A stretch of 63,791 bases of DNA, the filler included, from Octopus bimaculoides (Eukaryota): NCBI RefSeq assembly GCF_001194135.2. It is 6 parts of 5 records of this genome, joined end to end, with 100 filler letters (N's around TTAATTAATTAA, not from the genome) between each part and the next. Parts side by side here need not be neighbours in the genome. Positions count along the whole stretch, not along the records: positions 59,008 to 63,791 come from NC_069010.1; 5 more parts are not named here. One strand, 5' to 3'. The notes under the pieces were generated by a model. The model did no database searches and was not told the DNA's origin. It saw only the letters and a list, made by a program, of their open reading frames with translations. A program made the translations under genes and the position numbers. This document shows positions 63,541 to 63,791 of the stretch, piece by piece; within the stretch, counting starts at the first letter, position 1, and each line of letters starts with the position of its first letter.

Positions 63541-63658
63541 GAGTACAGGAACGGCTTCATTGGTGAAAACTGCACCAGACACTATAACAACTTGGGTGAC
63601 CACATTGTTTGGTATGCATCCCTCTGAAGGATTTATTTCATACAAGAAAGAGGTTGAA
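63541..63658 (+). CDS. TEP/A2M family gene exon with PDTITTW motif, phase 2-0
   Basis: Acceptor aaacacAG at 63539-40, donor GTAAGT at 63659. GG+G joins in frame to give STGTASLVKTAPDTITTWVTTLFGMHPSEGFISYKKEVE. PDTITTW is a hallmark of A2M/TEP/CD109/C3 proteins. The gene continues beyond the window. Confidence 0.92.
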
Positions 63659-63791
63659 GTAAGTTCATACACTTTACATTTTTTTTTTCCCATACTTCCA
63701 GATGTTTCTAGAATGAGGGTTGAGGATGGTAGAAACATTTGGCCCAGAGTCACATCTGACTCAACAATGCTTGTGTTGCAGTTTTGTCACC

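Noticed and set aside
1-63791. Most ORFs in the supplied track (YI, VC, ER, LS, HT repeats and X-runs)
   Set aside because: Translations of microsatellites and N gaps, not genes.
63702-63791. Strong acceptor ttcccatacttccAG shortly after the last TEP exon
   Set aside because: The phase-0 reading stops after MFLE, and the expected PFFVxLxLPYSV motif is absent; treated as intron.

Overview
Eukaryotic, AT-rich, microsatellite- and gap-ridden genomic DNA. The SINE/LINE repertoire points to an octopod cephalopod (Octopus; inferred, not database-checked). Almost all ORFs in the supplied track are microsatellite or N-gap artefacts. The one well-supported host gene is a + strand thioester-protein / alpha-2-macroglobulin family (TEP/CD109-like) gene. 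Four phase-compatible exons at 59.6-63.7 kb spell IFSRMDSKIDHSPFGLYNKVNDLE-DIGIASASNEMRIA-YALDPNLRPVEASRRLKGKGQRTKPRTNFVETWMWDSVDVG-STGTASLVKTAPDTITTWVTTLFGMHPSEGFISYKKEVE. Weaker candidate signal-peptide exons at 3.2 and 4.7 kb suggest the whole window may be this one gene's introns. The rest is transposon debris: a degenerate Ty3/gypsy, a Penelope-like element, two restriction-endonuclease-type (R4/Dong-like) LINEs, a Tx1/L1 3' end, RTE fragments, a Tc1 transposon, a pogo/Tigger-type MITE with nested SINEs, split Helitron fragments and three tRNA-derived SINE families. The most interesting signal is a pair of minimal hammerhead-ribozyme motifs (22425-22473 and 45816-45870, minus strand). Their stems differ completely in sequence yet pair correctly, and both carry the same non-canonical core (CCGAUGA, plus A/A at the base of helix II). 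One directly follows an unrecognised 138-codon ORF; the other sits between 105-bp direct repeats.
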